Position numbers and translations under genes: made by a program. From Hydrurus foetidus (lineage: Eukaryota): a DNA stretch of 64,000 nt. Of the stretch, positions 55,918 through 64,000 are shown piece by piece (within the stretch, counting starts at the first letter, position 1; each line of letters begins with the position of its first letter). The notes beneath the pieces were generated by a model, which saw only the letters and a list, made by a program, of their open reading frames with translations, did no database searches and was not told where the DNA came from. The DNA is taken from positions 62,001 through 126,000 of the forward strand of contig UYFQ01000057.1 in NCBI GenBank assembly GCA_900617105.1, in the 5' to 3' direction.

Positions 55918-56664
55918 ATGACACAGGCCATTCCCCTCACCGCACCCGACGAGACGACCAGCCAGCGCGCCCGGGCCTACCAGGGCTTCACCCAGCAGAT
56001 TTTCAACGGTGGCATACGCGCCGGGCAGTTCATTTCGCAGCGCGAGCTGATGCTGCTGCTGGACATGCCGCTGGGCGCCGTGCGCGAGATGATTCCCCGG
56101 CTGGAGGCCGCCGGCCTGGTGAAGACCGTGCCCCAGCGTGGTTTGCAGGTGGCCCATGTCGACCTGAAGCTGATCCGCAATGCCTTTCAGGTGCGCTCCA
56201 TGCTGGAGCGCGAAGCCGTGCAGCACTTTGTGCGCGCCGCCAGCGATGCCGAGCTGGCGGCCATCGAGGCCAGCCACCGCCAGATTCTGGAGCGCGCCAA
56301 CGCCCCCGATGCGCTGAACGACCGCACCCTGCTGGACGACGCGCAAGCGGTGGACTGGGGCCTGCACGACCGCATGGTGGATGCGCTGGGCAACCACATT
56401 CTCTCGGACATGTACCGCGTGAACAGCCTGCGCGTGCGCCTGATCAAGCTGGAACACAGCGTGATTACGCCCGGCCGCCTGGTGCCTGCCATGCAGGAGC
56501 ATCTGCGCTTTATTGATGCACTGCGACAGCGCGACGCCGCGCTGGCCATGGAGCTGCTGGAAGCCCACATCAGCAGTGCGCGCAACCGTGTGATGAACGC
56601 ACCGCTGGAACAAGTACGCAGCGAATGGACCCTTTCCCCTCAACCCGCCAGGAGAACCTCTTGA
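55918..56664 (+). CDS. GntR/FCD family regulator
   Basis: N-terminal wHTH (SQREL..AVRE, PQRG); C-terminal FCD (D..LH, EHL). Confidence 0.88.
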   Translation: MTQAIPLTAPDETTSQRARAYQGFTQQIFNGGIRAGQFISQRELMLLLDMPLGAVREMIPRLEAAGLVKTVPQRGLQVAHVDLKLIRNAFQVRSMLEREAVQHFVRAASDAELAAIEASHRQILERANAPDALNDRTLLDDAQAVDWGLHDRMVDALGNHILSDMYRVNSLRVRLIKLEHSVITPGRLVPAMQEHLRFIDALRQRDAALAMELLEAHISSARNRVMNAPLEQVRSEWTLSPQPARRTS

Positions 56665-57575
56665 ACCCAGCTATCCAAGGCCTGTGGCCTGCCCTGCTGC
56701 TGCCCGTCAGTACCACGGGCGTGTTGGACACCCCCCGCACCATTGCCCACGCTCAGCGGCTGCTGGCGGCGGGTTGCGACGGCATCACCCTGTTTGGCAC
56801 CACGGGCGAGGGCCCGGCCTTCACCATAGCCGAGCGCAAGGGCCTGCTGAAATCCCTGCTGGGCAGCGGCGTGAAGCCCGAGCAGATCGTGGTCACCATC
56901 ACCGCGCTGGCACTGGGTGATGCGATTGAACTGGGCCAGCACGCCGCCCGCTTTGGCGTGCACCGCCAGATGCTGATGCCGCCCTTCTTCTTCAACCAGC
57001 CCAAAGACGCTGGCATCATCGAAGCCGTGTCACAGGTGGTGCGTGGCATTGGGGATGACGACCTCAAGCTGTTGCTCTACCACTTCCCCGCTATGAGCAC
57101 GTTTGGCTTTTCGCACCCGGCCATTGCCGAGCTAGTGCGACGCCACCCGCAGCAAGTGGTGGGGGTGAAGGACAGCAGTGCCAACCTGGAACACTCGCTG
57201 GCGCTGGTCAAGGCGTTCCCACAGCTGGCCATTTTGGTGGGCGCAGAGCCCCATGTGGCGCCTGTGATGGCCCAAGGCGGCACAGGTTCGATCAACGGGC
57301 TGGCCAACATTGCACCCCGGCTGATGCGCCGGGTGATGGCCACGCCGGACCGGGTGGCCCCGGAGGACGCGCAGCTGATTCTGGATATCCTCGCCCTGAT
57401 GTCGGTGCGTCCGGACATGCCCTTTGTGGGCGTGTACAAAGGCATGCTGGCCGAGCAAACCCGTGACGATGCCTGGCTGCACATGCGCGCGCCACTCAGC
57501 CCTCTGGATGCCACCGAACTGGCCATCGTGCGCAGCGGTTATCGTTCGCTGGGGGCTGCGCTGGACCGGCTCTGA
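56661..57575 (+). CDS. DHDPS/NAL-family aldolase or dehydratase
   Basis: FGTTGEG, LLYHFP, GVKDSS motifs. Confidence 0.88.
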   Translation: MNPAIQGLWPALLLPVSTTGVLDTPRTIAHAQRLLAAGCDGITLFGTTGEGPAFTIAERKGLLKSLLGSGVKPEQIVVTITALALGDAIELGQHAARFGVHRQMLMPPFFFNQPKDAGIIEAVSQVVRGIGDDDLKLLLYHFPAMSTFGFSHPAIAELVRRHPQQVVGVKDSSANLEHSLALVKAFPQLAILVGAEPHVAPVMAQGGTGSINGLANIAPRLMRRVMATPDRVAPEDAQLILDILALMSVRPDMPFVGVYKGMLAEQTRDDAWLHMRAPLSPLDATELAIVRSGYRSLGAALDRL

Positions 57576-57617
57576 ACGCATCCCCCTCTCGAACCCATAA
57601 AAACAGGAGACAAGACC

Positions 57618-58628
57618 ATGACCATGACCAATACCAACCACCTGAACCGCCGCGCCCTGCTGGGTGCCGCGGCCGCCTTGGGCGCCAGCGCCCTGCCCGC
57701 TTTGGCGCAAACCAAAACGGTGCTGCGCATTTCCACACCGGCGGTGCCGGACGACTGGCACGCCAAGATGTGGACCGTGTTCAAAGACCAGCTTGAAAAA
57801 ACGGCGCCCGGTGAATTCGATGTGCAGATCAACCTGAACGCCAGCCTGTTCAAGCAAGGCACCGAGCCCGCTGCCATGGCCCGCGGCAACCTGGAGTTGT
57901 CCAGCATCTCGGCCTTTGACATTGCCAAGCTGGTGCCCGAGTTCTCCATCTTCACCGCAGGCTATGTGGTGCGCGACCCCGAGCAGCAACAAAAGATTTT
58001 CAACGGCCCGATTGGCGCTGAGTTGTTCAAGCTGGTGTCCGAGAAGATGGATGTCACGCCGCTCTCCACGGTCTACCTGGGCACCCGCCAAGTCAACCTG
58101 CGCGAGGCTAAGCCTGTCAAAACGCCGGCCGACCTCAAGGGCGTGAAACTGCGCATGCCCGGCTCCAAGGAATGGTTGTTCCTGGGTGAGGCTTTGGGCG
58201 CAACCGCCACGCCGTTGGCCTTTGGCGAGGTCTATATGGGCCTCAAGACCGGCACCATCGACGGCCAGGACAACCCCCTGCCCTCGGTGCGCGCCGCCAA
58301 GTTCTACGAGGTGACCAAACAGCTGGTGCTGACCAGTCACCTGGTGGACGGCATCTTCATTGCCATCTCCAACAAGAGCTTCAACGCGCTGAGTGCGGCG
58401 CAAAAGCAAAAGGTAACGGCCGCCGCCCAGGCCGCAGCGGCCTACAACAACGAGAACCGCATCAAGGAAGAAGGCCAACTGGTGGAGTTCTTCAAGAAGG
58501 AAGGCTTGCAGGTCAGCACCCCTGATGTCGATGCCTTCCGTAAATCGGTGCAGGCCACATACCAAACGTCTGACTATGCCAAGGTCTGGCCACACGGCCT
58601 GCTAGACCGCATCAACGCGACCAAGTAA
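57618..58628 (+). CDS. dctP: TRAP transporter substrate-binding protein
   Basis: Tat-like signal, DLKGVKLRMP, GEVY..L.TGTIDGQDNP. Confidence 0.9.
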   Translation: MTMTNTNHLNRRALLGAAAALGASALPALAQTKTVLRISTPAVPDDWHAKMWTVFKDQLEKTAPGEFDVQINLNASLFKQGTEPAAMARGNLELSSISAFDIAKLVPEFSIFTAGYVVRDPEQQQKIFNGPIGAELFKLVSEKMDVTPLSTVYLGTRQVNLREAKPVKTPADLKGVKLRMPGSKEWLFLGEALGATATPLAFGEVYMGLKTGTIDGQDNPLPSVRAAKFYEVTKQLVLTSHLVDGIFIAISNKSFNALSAAQKQKVTAAAQAAAAYNNENRIKEEGQLVEFFKKEGLQVSTPDVDAFRKSVQATYQTSDYAKVWPHGLLDRINATK

Positions 58629-58640
58629 GACACCACCAAC

Positions 58641-59120
58641 ATGCTGCGTCGACTGCAACAGGCCGCCAACCTTCTGGGCGGCGGCCTTTTCCTGACCCTG
58701 TTTGTCGTCTTCATCGTCCAGATCATCGCGCGCTTTGCCTTCAACAAGCCCTTGCCCTGGACCGATGAAGCGGCCGTGATTTTGTATGTGTGGGTGATCC
58801 TGTGGGCGGCCGCCGCGATCGTGCCCGAGCGGGAACATGTGGTGTTTGACCTAGTGTGGAACAGCGTGGGTTACCGCACCCGCCAGGCCATGCGCATTGT
58901 GGGCAACCTGTTGGTGGGCGGGTTGGCGCTGGTCGCCATACCCGCCAATTGGGACTACGTGCATTTCATGGCGCGAGAAGGCTCACCTGTGCTCGGCATT
59001 TCCTTCATGTGGATTTTTCTGCCCTTTGTGCTGCTGCTGATTGCGCTGGTGATTCGCTGCAGCTGGGCCATCTGGAACGCCGTGCGTGGCATTGGCCTGG
59101 AAGCGGAGCTGCACCTATGA
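58641..59120 (+). CDS. dctQ: TRAP small permease
   Basis: QIIARF, WTDEA, EHVVFD motifs. Confidence 0.88.
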   Translation: MLRRLQQAANLLGGGLFLTLFVVFIVQIIARFAFNKPLPWTDEAAVILYVWVILWAAAAIVPEREHVVFDLVWNSVGYRTRQAMRIVGNLLVGGLALVAIPANWDYVHFMAREGSPVLGISFMWIFLPFVLLLIALVIRCSWAIWNAVRGIGLEAELHL

Positions 59121-60415
59121 CATCGGGTATCTGGACACTGGTGGCCGTGCTGGTCGCTGGCATGCTGCTGCGCATGCCAATTGGTTTTTCGATGCTGGTC
59201 TCCGGCATTGCCTATCTGGTGGTCAAAGGCCAGGACATTGGACTGGTGGCCGAGCAGGTCGGCAACGGCCTGTACAACAGCTATGTGCTGCTGGCAGTGC
59301 CGCTGTTTGTGTTTGCCGCCAACATCATGAATGCGGGCACCGTGAGCGAGCGCATTTTTGACTTCTGCCGCATTCTGGTGGGTCGCATGCGTGGGGGCTT
59401 GGCGCAGGTGGACATTTTGGTGAGCGTGATTTTCTCGGGCATGAGCGGCAGCGCGATTGCCGATGCGGCCGGGCCGGGTCTGGTGACCATTCGCCAAATG
59501 CTCAAAAAGCCCGAATACACGCGCGGCTTTGCCGGTGCGGTGGTGGTGGCCAGCGCCACACTGGGGCCCATCATTCCCCCCAGCATTCCCATGGTGATTT
59601 ACGCGCTGGTCTCCGGCGCATCGGTGGGCGCCTTGTTTCTGGGCGGTGTGGTGCCGGGCTTTTTGATGGCCGCACTCATGATGGGCGTGGTGCACATCAT
59701 TGCCGTCAAGCGCAATATGCCGCGTGAAGAGCCGGTTCCGCGCTCGGAGTGGGCGGGCCTGATCTTCCGCGGCGCCTTGCCCCTGTCCATGCCTATCGTG
59801 CTGCTGGGCGGCATTTACTCCGGCGCGTTTACCCCTACCGAAGCCGCTGCCGTGGCCGCGCTGCATGCCTTGATTCTGGCGGCCGTCGTGTTCCGCGCAC
59901 TTACCTGGCGCAGCTTCTGGGGCGTGGTGATGGAATCCACCCGCGGCAGCGCCGTGATCACGCTGATCCTGGCCGGCTCCTTCATGCTGAACTACGCCTT
60001 CACGGCCGAAGGCGTGCCCCAAAGCATGGCGATGTGGGTGGAGGGCATGCACCTCTCCAGGCTGCAGTTTCTGCTGCTCGTCAACGTGATGTTTCTGGTG
60101 CTAGGCTGCTTTCTGGACGTGTCAGTGCTGCTGCTGGTCTTTGTGCCCATGCTCTTGCCCGCGGCCAAGTTACTGGGCGTGGACCTGGTGCACTTTGGCG
60201 TGCTGGTGGTGCTCAATATGATGATTGGCCTGATCCATCCGCCCTTTGGCATGCTACTGTTTGTCACCAAAGCGCTCACCGGCATCCCGATTGGCGAAAT
60301 GATGAAAGAGGGCTGGCCCTTCCTGGTCATGCTGCTGTGCCTGCTGCTAGCCATCACCATATTTCCGCAAATCGTCTTGTGGCTGCCCCAAACTATGGGC
60401 TACGTCACCCACTAA
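59117..60415 (+). CDS. dctM: TRAP large permease
   Basis: LLAVPLF, SGSAIADAA, IIPPSIP, FTPTEA, HPPFG motifs. Confidence 0.92.
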   Translation: MTSGIWTLVAVLVAGMLLRMPIGFSMLVSGIAYLVVKGQDIGLVAEQVGNGLYNSYVLLAVPLFVFAANIMNAGTVSERIFDFCRILVGRMRGGLAQVDILVSVIFSGMSGSAIADAAGPGLVTIRQMLKKPEYTRGFAGAVVVASATLGPIIPPSIPMVIYALVSGASVGALFLGGVVPGFLMAALMMGVVHIIAVKRNMPREEPVPRSEWAGLIFRGALPLSMPIVLLGGIYSGAFTPTEAAAVAALHALILAAVVFRALTWRSFWGVVMESTRGSAVITLILAGSFMLNYAFTAEGVPQSMAMWVEGMHLSRLQFLLLVNVMFLVLGCFLDVSVLLLVFVPMLLPAAKLLGVDLVHFGVLVVLNMMIGLIHPPFGMLLFVTKALTGIPIGEMMKEGWPFLVMLLCLLLAITIFPQIVLWLPQTMGYVTH

Positions 60416-60430
60416 CGTCTCAAACCTACC

Positions 60431-61594
60431 ATGCAACTCACCCCTGAAAACACCCTGCCCGCAGACGGTACCACCGGCGCACTGGCTGCACGCATCTGGC
60501 GCGAAGACCAGCAAGGCCCCAGCGTGGTGGCCTTGCGGGATGGACAAGTGATCGACATCACGCGCAGCTACCCCACCATGCGCGACCTGTGCGAGACGCC
60601 AGACCCGGCTGCCGCCCTGCGCCACGCCACAGGCAATGTGCTGTGCACCGTGGCCGAACTGCTGGGAAATACCGTCACCCGCAATCCGGCACAGCCCTGG
60701 CTGCTGGCGCCATGCGACCTGCAGGCCATCAAGGCCGCGGGCGTAACCTTTGCCGCCTCCATGCTGGAGCGTGTGATTGAAGAAAAAGCGCGCGGCAATC
60801 CGGCTGCAGCGGCCACCATCCGCTCCGAAATTCAGGCGCTGATTGGCGACGACCTGTCGCAACTGAAGCCCGGCTCAGAGGCCGCAATGGCGCTGAAGCA
60901 GGTACTGATTGCCCAGGGCGCCTGGAGCCAGTACCTGGAGGTGGGCATTGGGCCGGACGCTGAAATCTTCACCAAAGCCCCCGCCATGGCAGCCGTGGGT
61001 ACGGGGGCTGATGCTGGCCTGCACCCCGCCTCCACCTGGAACAACCCCGAGCCTGAAGTAGTGCTGACCGTGAATTCGCACGGCACCATCGTGGGTGCGT
61101 CGCTGGGCAACGATGTCAACCTGCGCGATGTCGAAGGCCGCTCTGCACTGCTGCTGGGCAAGGCCAAGGACAACAACGCCTCGGCTGCCATCGGCCCCTT
61201 CATCCGCTTCTTTGACGCCAGCTTTTCGCTGGACGATGTGCGCCAAGCCACGCTGACACTGCGTGTAGCAGGCACCGATGGCTTTGTGATGGACGGTTTC
61301 TCCAGCATGGCCCGTATCAGCCGCGACCCCGCGGACCTGGCTGCGCAGATGATCGGCCCGCACCACCAGTACCCGGACGGCGCCATGCTGTTCCTGGGCA
61401 CGCTGTTTGCCCCGGTGCAGGACCGCGATACACCGGGTGGCGGCTTCACCCACAAGCTGGGCGATGTGGTCACCATCACCACGCCCAAGCTGGGCACGCT
61501 GACCAACCGCATGCAGCACACCGACCAATGCCCGCCCTGGACCTTTGGTGCGTCGCACTTGATGCGCAACCTGGCACAACGCGGTTTGCTGTAA
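60431..61594 (+). CDS. fumarylacetoacetate hydrolase family protein (XylX-like)
   Basis: QAIKAAGVTF, AEIFTK, WNNPEPE, GNDVNLRD.EGRSALLL.KAKDN motifs. Confidence 0.85.
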   Translation: MQLTPENTLPADGTTGALAARIWREDQQGPSVVALRDGQVIDITRSYPTMRDLCETPDPAAALRHATGNVLCTVAELLGNTVTRNPAQPWLLAPCDLQAIKAAGVTFAASMLERVIEEKARGNPAAAATIRSEIQALIGDDLSQLKPGSEAAMALKQVLIAQGAWSQYLEVGIGPDAEIFTKAPAMAAVGTGADAGLHPASTWNNPEPEVVLTVNSHGTIVGASLGNDVNLRDVEGRSALLLGKAKDNNASAAIGPFIRFFDASFSLDDVRQATLTLRVAGTDGFVMDGFSSMARISRDPADLAAQMIGPHHQYPDGAMLFLGTLFAPVQDRDTPGGGFTHKLGDVVTITTPKLGTLTNRMQHTDQCPPWTFGASHLMRNLAQRGLL

Positions 61595-61598
61595 AGCT

Positions 61599-62528
61599 CT
61601 AGCGCAAATGCCCTCCGTTGGCGGGCAAATGACCATCTAGCGTAGGCCTTACAGCGGTGAGAAAGTTGCTGAGCGACTCGGGCAAAACTGCACCCTTGCG
61701 CCAGGCCAGCCCTACATCCAGAGGCGGTAACGGCTGCGCCAGCGGCCGCGCTTCAATGCGGTCGCCCTCCAGTGACCAGGGGCGGTACAACATATCTGGC
61801 AAGACGGAACAACCAGCCCCCGTAGCCACCAGGCTGCGCACTGCTTCCACGGACGAGGTGCGTATCAGCACGTTGGGATCGGCACCGCCGGTGTTCCACA
61901 GCGCAGTGGCGGCGTCGCCTAACTCGTCCACTTGCAGCAGGACAAGGGATTGCTCTGCCAGATCCGATGCCTCGATTTTTTCCTCATTGGCAAGGCGGTG
62001 ATTGACCGGGCACCACACCCGCCAACCGGAGCGAAGAATGGTCTCGGTCTCCAGCGCACGGTAATTTTGCAACTGCGAGACCACGATTAGCGCCACATCG
62101 AGCTCGCCGCTGACCAGCAGATGCTCCAGATAGTCGCGCCGGTCCTCGGTGATCTGCACTTTGATACGCGGAAACACGCGGCGGAACCGCTCCAGCAAAA
62201 ACGGCAGGTAGTACCCCACCATGAGGCTGGTCACGCCAATATTCAGGCTGCCAGTTACCGTGTGCGGGCGCGAAGCCAGCGCGTCACGGGCATTGCGCAT
62301 GGCCACCTCAATCTGGTGGGCGTGGCGCAAAAACTGATGGCCCGCATGGGTCAGCGACATACCGCGAGCCCTGCGTTCGAAAAGCAAGGTGCCAAGGTCG
62401 GCCTCAATCTGCGCAATCGCTGCGGAAACCACCGATTGGGATATGCCCAATTCCTGAATGGCGGCGGAAATGGAGCCGGATTCAGCGACTGCTATGAAAT
62501 ACCGAATGCTCTTGAAAGACGTACTCAT
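61599..62528 (-). CDS. LysR family regulator
   Basis: IRYFIAVAESGSISAA HTH, LFERRARG. Confidence 0.9.
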   Translation of the reverse strand: MSTSFKSIRYFIAVAESGSISAAIQELGISQSVVSAAIAQIEADLGTLLFERRARGMSLTHAGHQFLRHAHQIEVAMRNARDALASRPHTVTGSLNIGVTSLMVGYYLPFLLERFRRVFPRIKVQITEDRRDYLEHLLVSGELDVALIVVSQLQNYRALETETILRSGWRVWCPVNHRLANEEKIEASDLAEQSLVLLQVDELGDAATALWNTGGADPNVLIRTSSVEAVRSLVATGAGCSVLPDMLYRPWSLEGDRIEARPLAQPLPPLDVGLAWRKGAVLPESLSNFLTAVRPTLDGHLPANGGHLR

Positions 62529-62759
62529 TTCACTATTTCCGGGTTTCAGGCACTTCTTTGGCCCACTTAATGGAAAAAACTGCCGATGCACCGCTTTGAA
62601 GCATAGGGTTAACCACTAATTAAGTGCTTTTTGGTGCGAGGTTTCTGTTTTTCAGATGGATTGTATTGCCGGAGCAATATGGTTCATTCAAGAGGCAAAA
62701 CCTAAGATGACTTTCAGGCGCGCAGTTGCGCGCCCCAACACCCACGTCAGGAGTTCGTC

Positions 62760-63911
62760 ATGTCCCAAACCCGCGCATTTTTCACCGGTTTGCTGGCGGT
62801 TGCCGCCGCCACCTCCAGCCTCGCAGCCCCGCCCAAAGCCGTCGGCAAGGGCGAAGGACAACTCAACATCATTGCGTGGGCCGGCTATATCGAACGTGGA
62901 GAAACCGACAAAGCCTACGACTGGACCACCGGCTTCGAAAAAGCCTCTGGCTGCAAAGTTAACGTGAAGACCGCGGCCACGTCCGACGAAATGGTGTCCC
63001 TGATGAAAGCCGGTGGTTACGACCTGGTGACCGCCTCGGGAGACGCCAGCGGCCGCCTGATCGCCTCCAAGCTGGTGCAGGAAGTGAATATTGGCCTGGT
63101 TCCGAGCTACAAAAACATCGACGCCCGCCTGCAGAACGCGGCCTGGCACACGGTGGATGGCAAGCACTTCGGCGTGCCCTACCAGTCCGGCCCCAACGTG
63201 CTGATGTACAACACCGACGTGTTCAAGAAAGCCCCCGACTCCTGGGGCGTCGTGTTCGAAGAACAGAAATACCCGGACGGCAAATCCAACAAGGGCCGTG
63301 TGCAAGCCTATGACGGCGCCATCTACATCGCGGACGCTGCGCTGTACCTGATGTCCAAAAAGCCTGAGTTGGGCATCAAGGACCCCTATGAACTCAACGA
63401 CAAACAGTACGCCGCAGTGCTCGAACTGCTGCGCGGCCAGAAGAAACTGACCCACCGCTACTGGCATGACGCCACGGTGCAAATGAATGACTTCAAAAAC
63501 GAGGGCGTGGCGGCATCGGGTTCCTGGGGCTTTATGGTGAACTCCCTCAAGGGCGAGAAGAAACCTGTTGCCTCGGTGGTTCCCAAGGAAGGCGCCACGG
63601 GCTGGGCTGACACCACCATGCTGCATACCAATGCCAAGAATGTGAACTGTGCCTACCAGTGGATGGAGCACCAGCTCAGCGACAAGGTACAGGCTCCACT
63701 GGCCGAGTGGTTTGGCACGGTGCCAGTCACGCCCGCGGCCTGCAAGGCCAAGGCACCCGGTGGCAGCGACTTCTGCAAGGACAACGGCTTCAACGACTTG
63801 AACAAAATTAAATTCTGGAAGACACCCCAAGCCCAGTGCACGACCCAAGGCACCTGCGTTCCTTATTCCAAATGGGCTATGGATTACATCGCCATCATGG
63901 GCGGTCGGTAA
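62760..63911 (+). CDS. polyamine/YdcS-like ABC transporter substrate-binding protein
   Basis: IIAWAGY, YDLVTASGDA, PKEGATGWAD motifs. Confidence 0.88.
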   Translation: MSQTRAFFTGLLAVAAATSSLAAPPKAVGKGEGQLNIIAWAGYIERGETDKAYDWTTGFEKASGCKVNVKTAATSDEMVSLMKAGGYDLVTASGDASGRLIASKLVQEVNIGLVPSYKNIDARLQNAAWHTVDGKHFGVPYQSGPNVLMYNTDVFKKAPDSWGVVFEEQKYPDGKSNKGRVQAYDGAIYIADAALYLMSKKPELGIKDPYELNDKQYAAVLELLRGQKKLTHRYWHDATVQMNDFKNEGVAASGSWGFMVNSLKGEKKPVASVVPKEGATGWADTTMLHTNAKNVNCAYQWMEHQLSDKVQAPLAEWFGTVPVTPAACKAKAPGGSDFCKDNGFNDLNKIKFWKTPQAQCTTQGTCVPYSKWAMDYIAIMGGR

Positions 63912-63931
63912 GTCTTCAACATAAGGTGTGT

Positions 63932-64000
63932 ATGCCCGTTGCAATCGAGTTCAAGGACGTGTCCAGGCATTACGGTGAAGTAAGGGCGCTGCATGGCGTC
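63932..64000 (+). CDS. ABC transporter ATP-binding protein, partial
   Basis: MPVAIEFKDVSRHYGEVRALHGV, directly after the binding-protein gene. Confidence 0.7.
   Translation, partial: MPVAIEFKDVSRHYGEVRALHGV

Noticed and set aside
1..64000. tRNA, rRNA or riboswitch genes
   Set aside because: None recognised by eye; a covariance-model search would be needed to exclude small RNAs.

Overview
GC-rich betaproteobacterial chromosome segment, Comamonadaceae-like (inferred from gene content and protein style). The backbone carries dnaE (damaged in this sequence), gluQ, trmB, an RluA-family pseudouridine synthase, a pabB/pabC fusion, dinG, bioB, fpr, alaS, a TRAP/sugar-acid catabolic operon and a polyamine ABC binding protein. 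Two accessory regions interrupt it. (1) At ~16.5-24.8 kb there is a minus-strand integron cassette array: six full-length attC sites (five of 87 bp, one of 102 bp), progressively eroded distal sites, three toxin-antitoxin cassettes, and an IS1182 inserted exactly at an attC GTT crossover triplet. No intact integrase is present, only a possible IntI C-terminal relic next to an odd hairpin and a 3x31-bp tandem repeat. (2) At ~34.3-49.7 kb, cargo blocks are separated by repeated, decayed copies of the dinG 3' end, with no integrase or transposase. In addition, a fixed-spacing ~55-bp dispersed repeat occurs six times. Three copies lie in frame inside genes, and two of those encode the hydrophobic core of predicted export signal peptides. 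All calls come from reading the sequence; no database searches were run.
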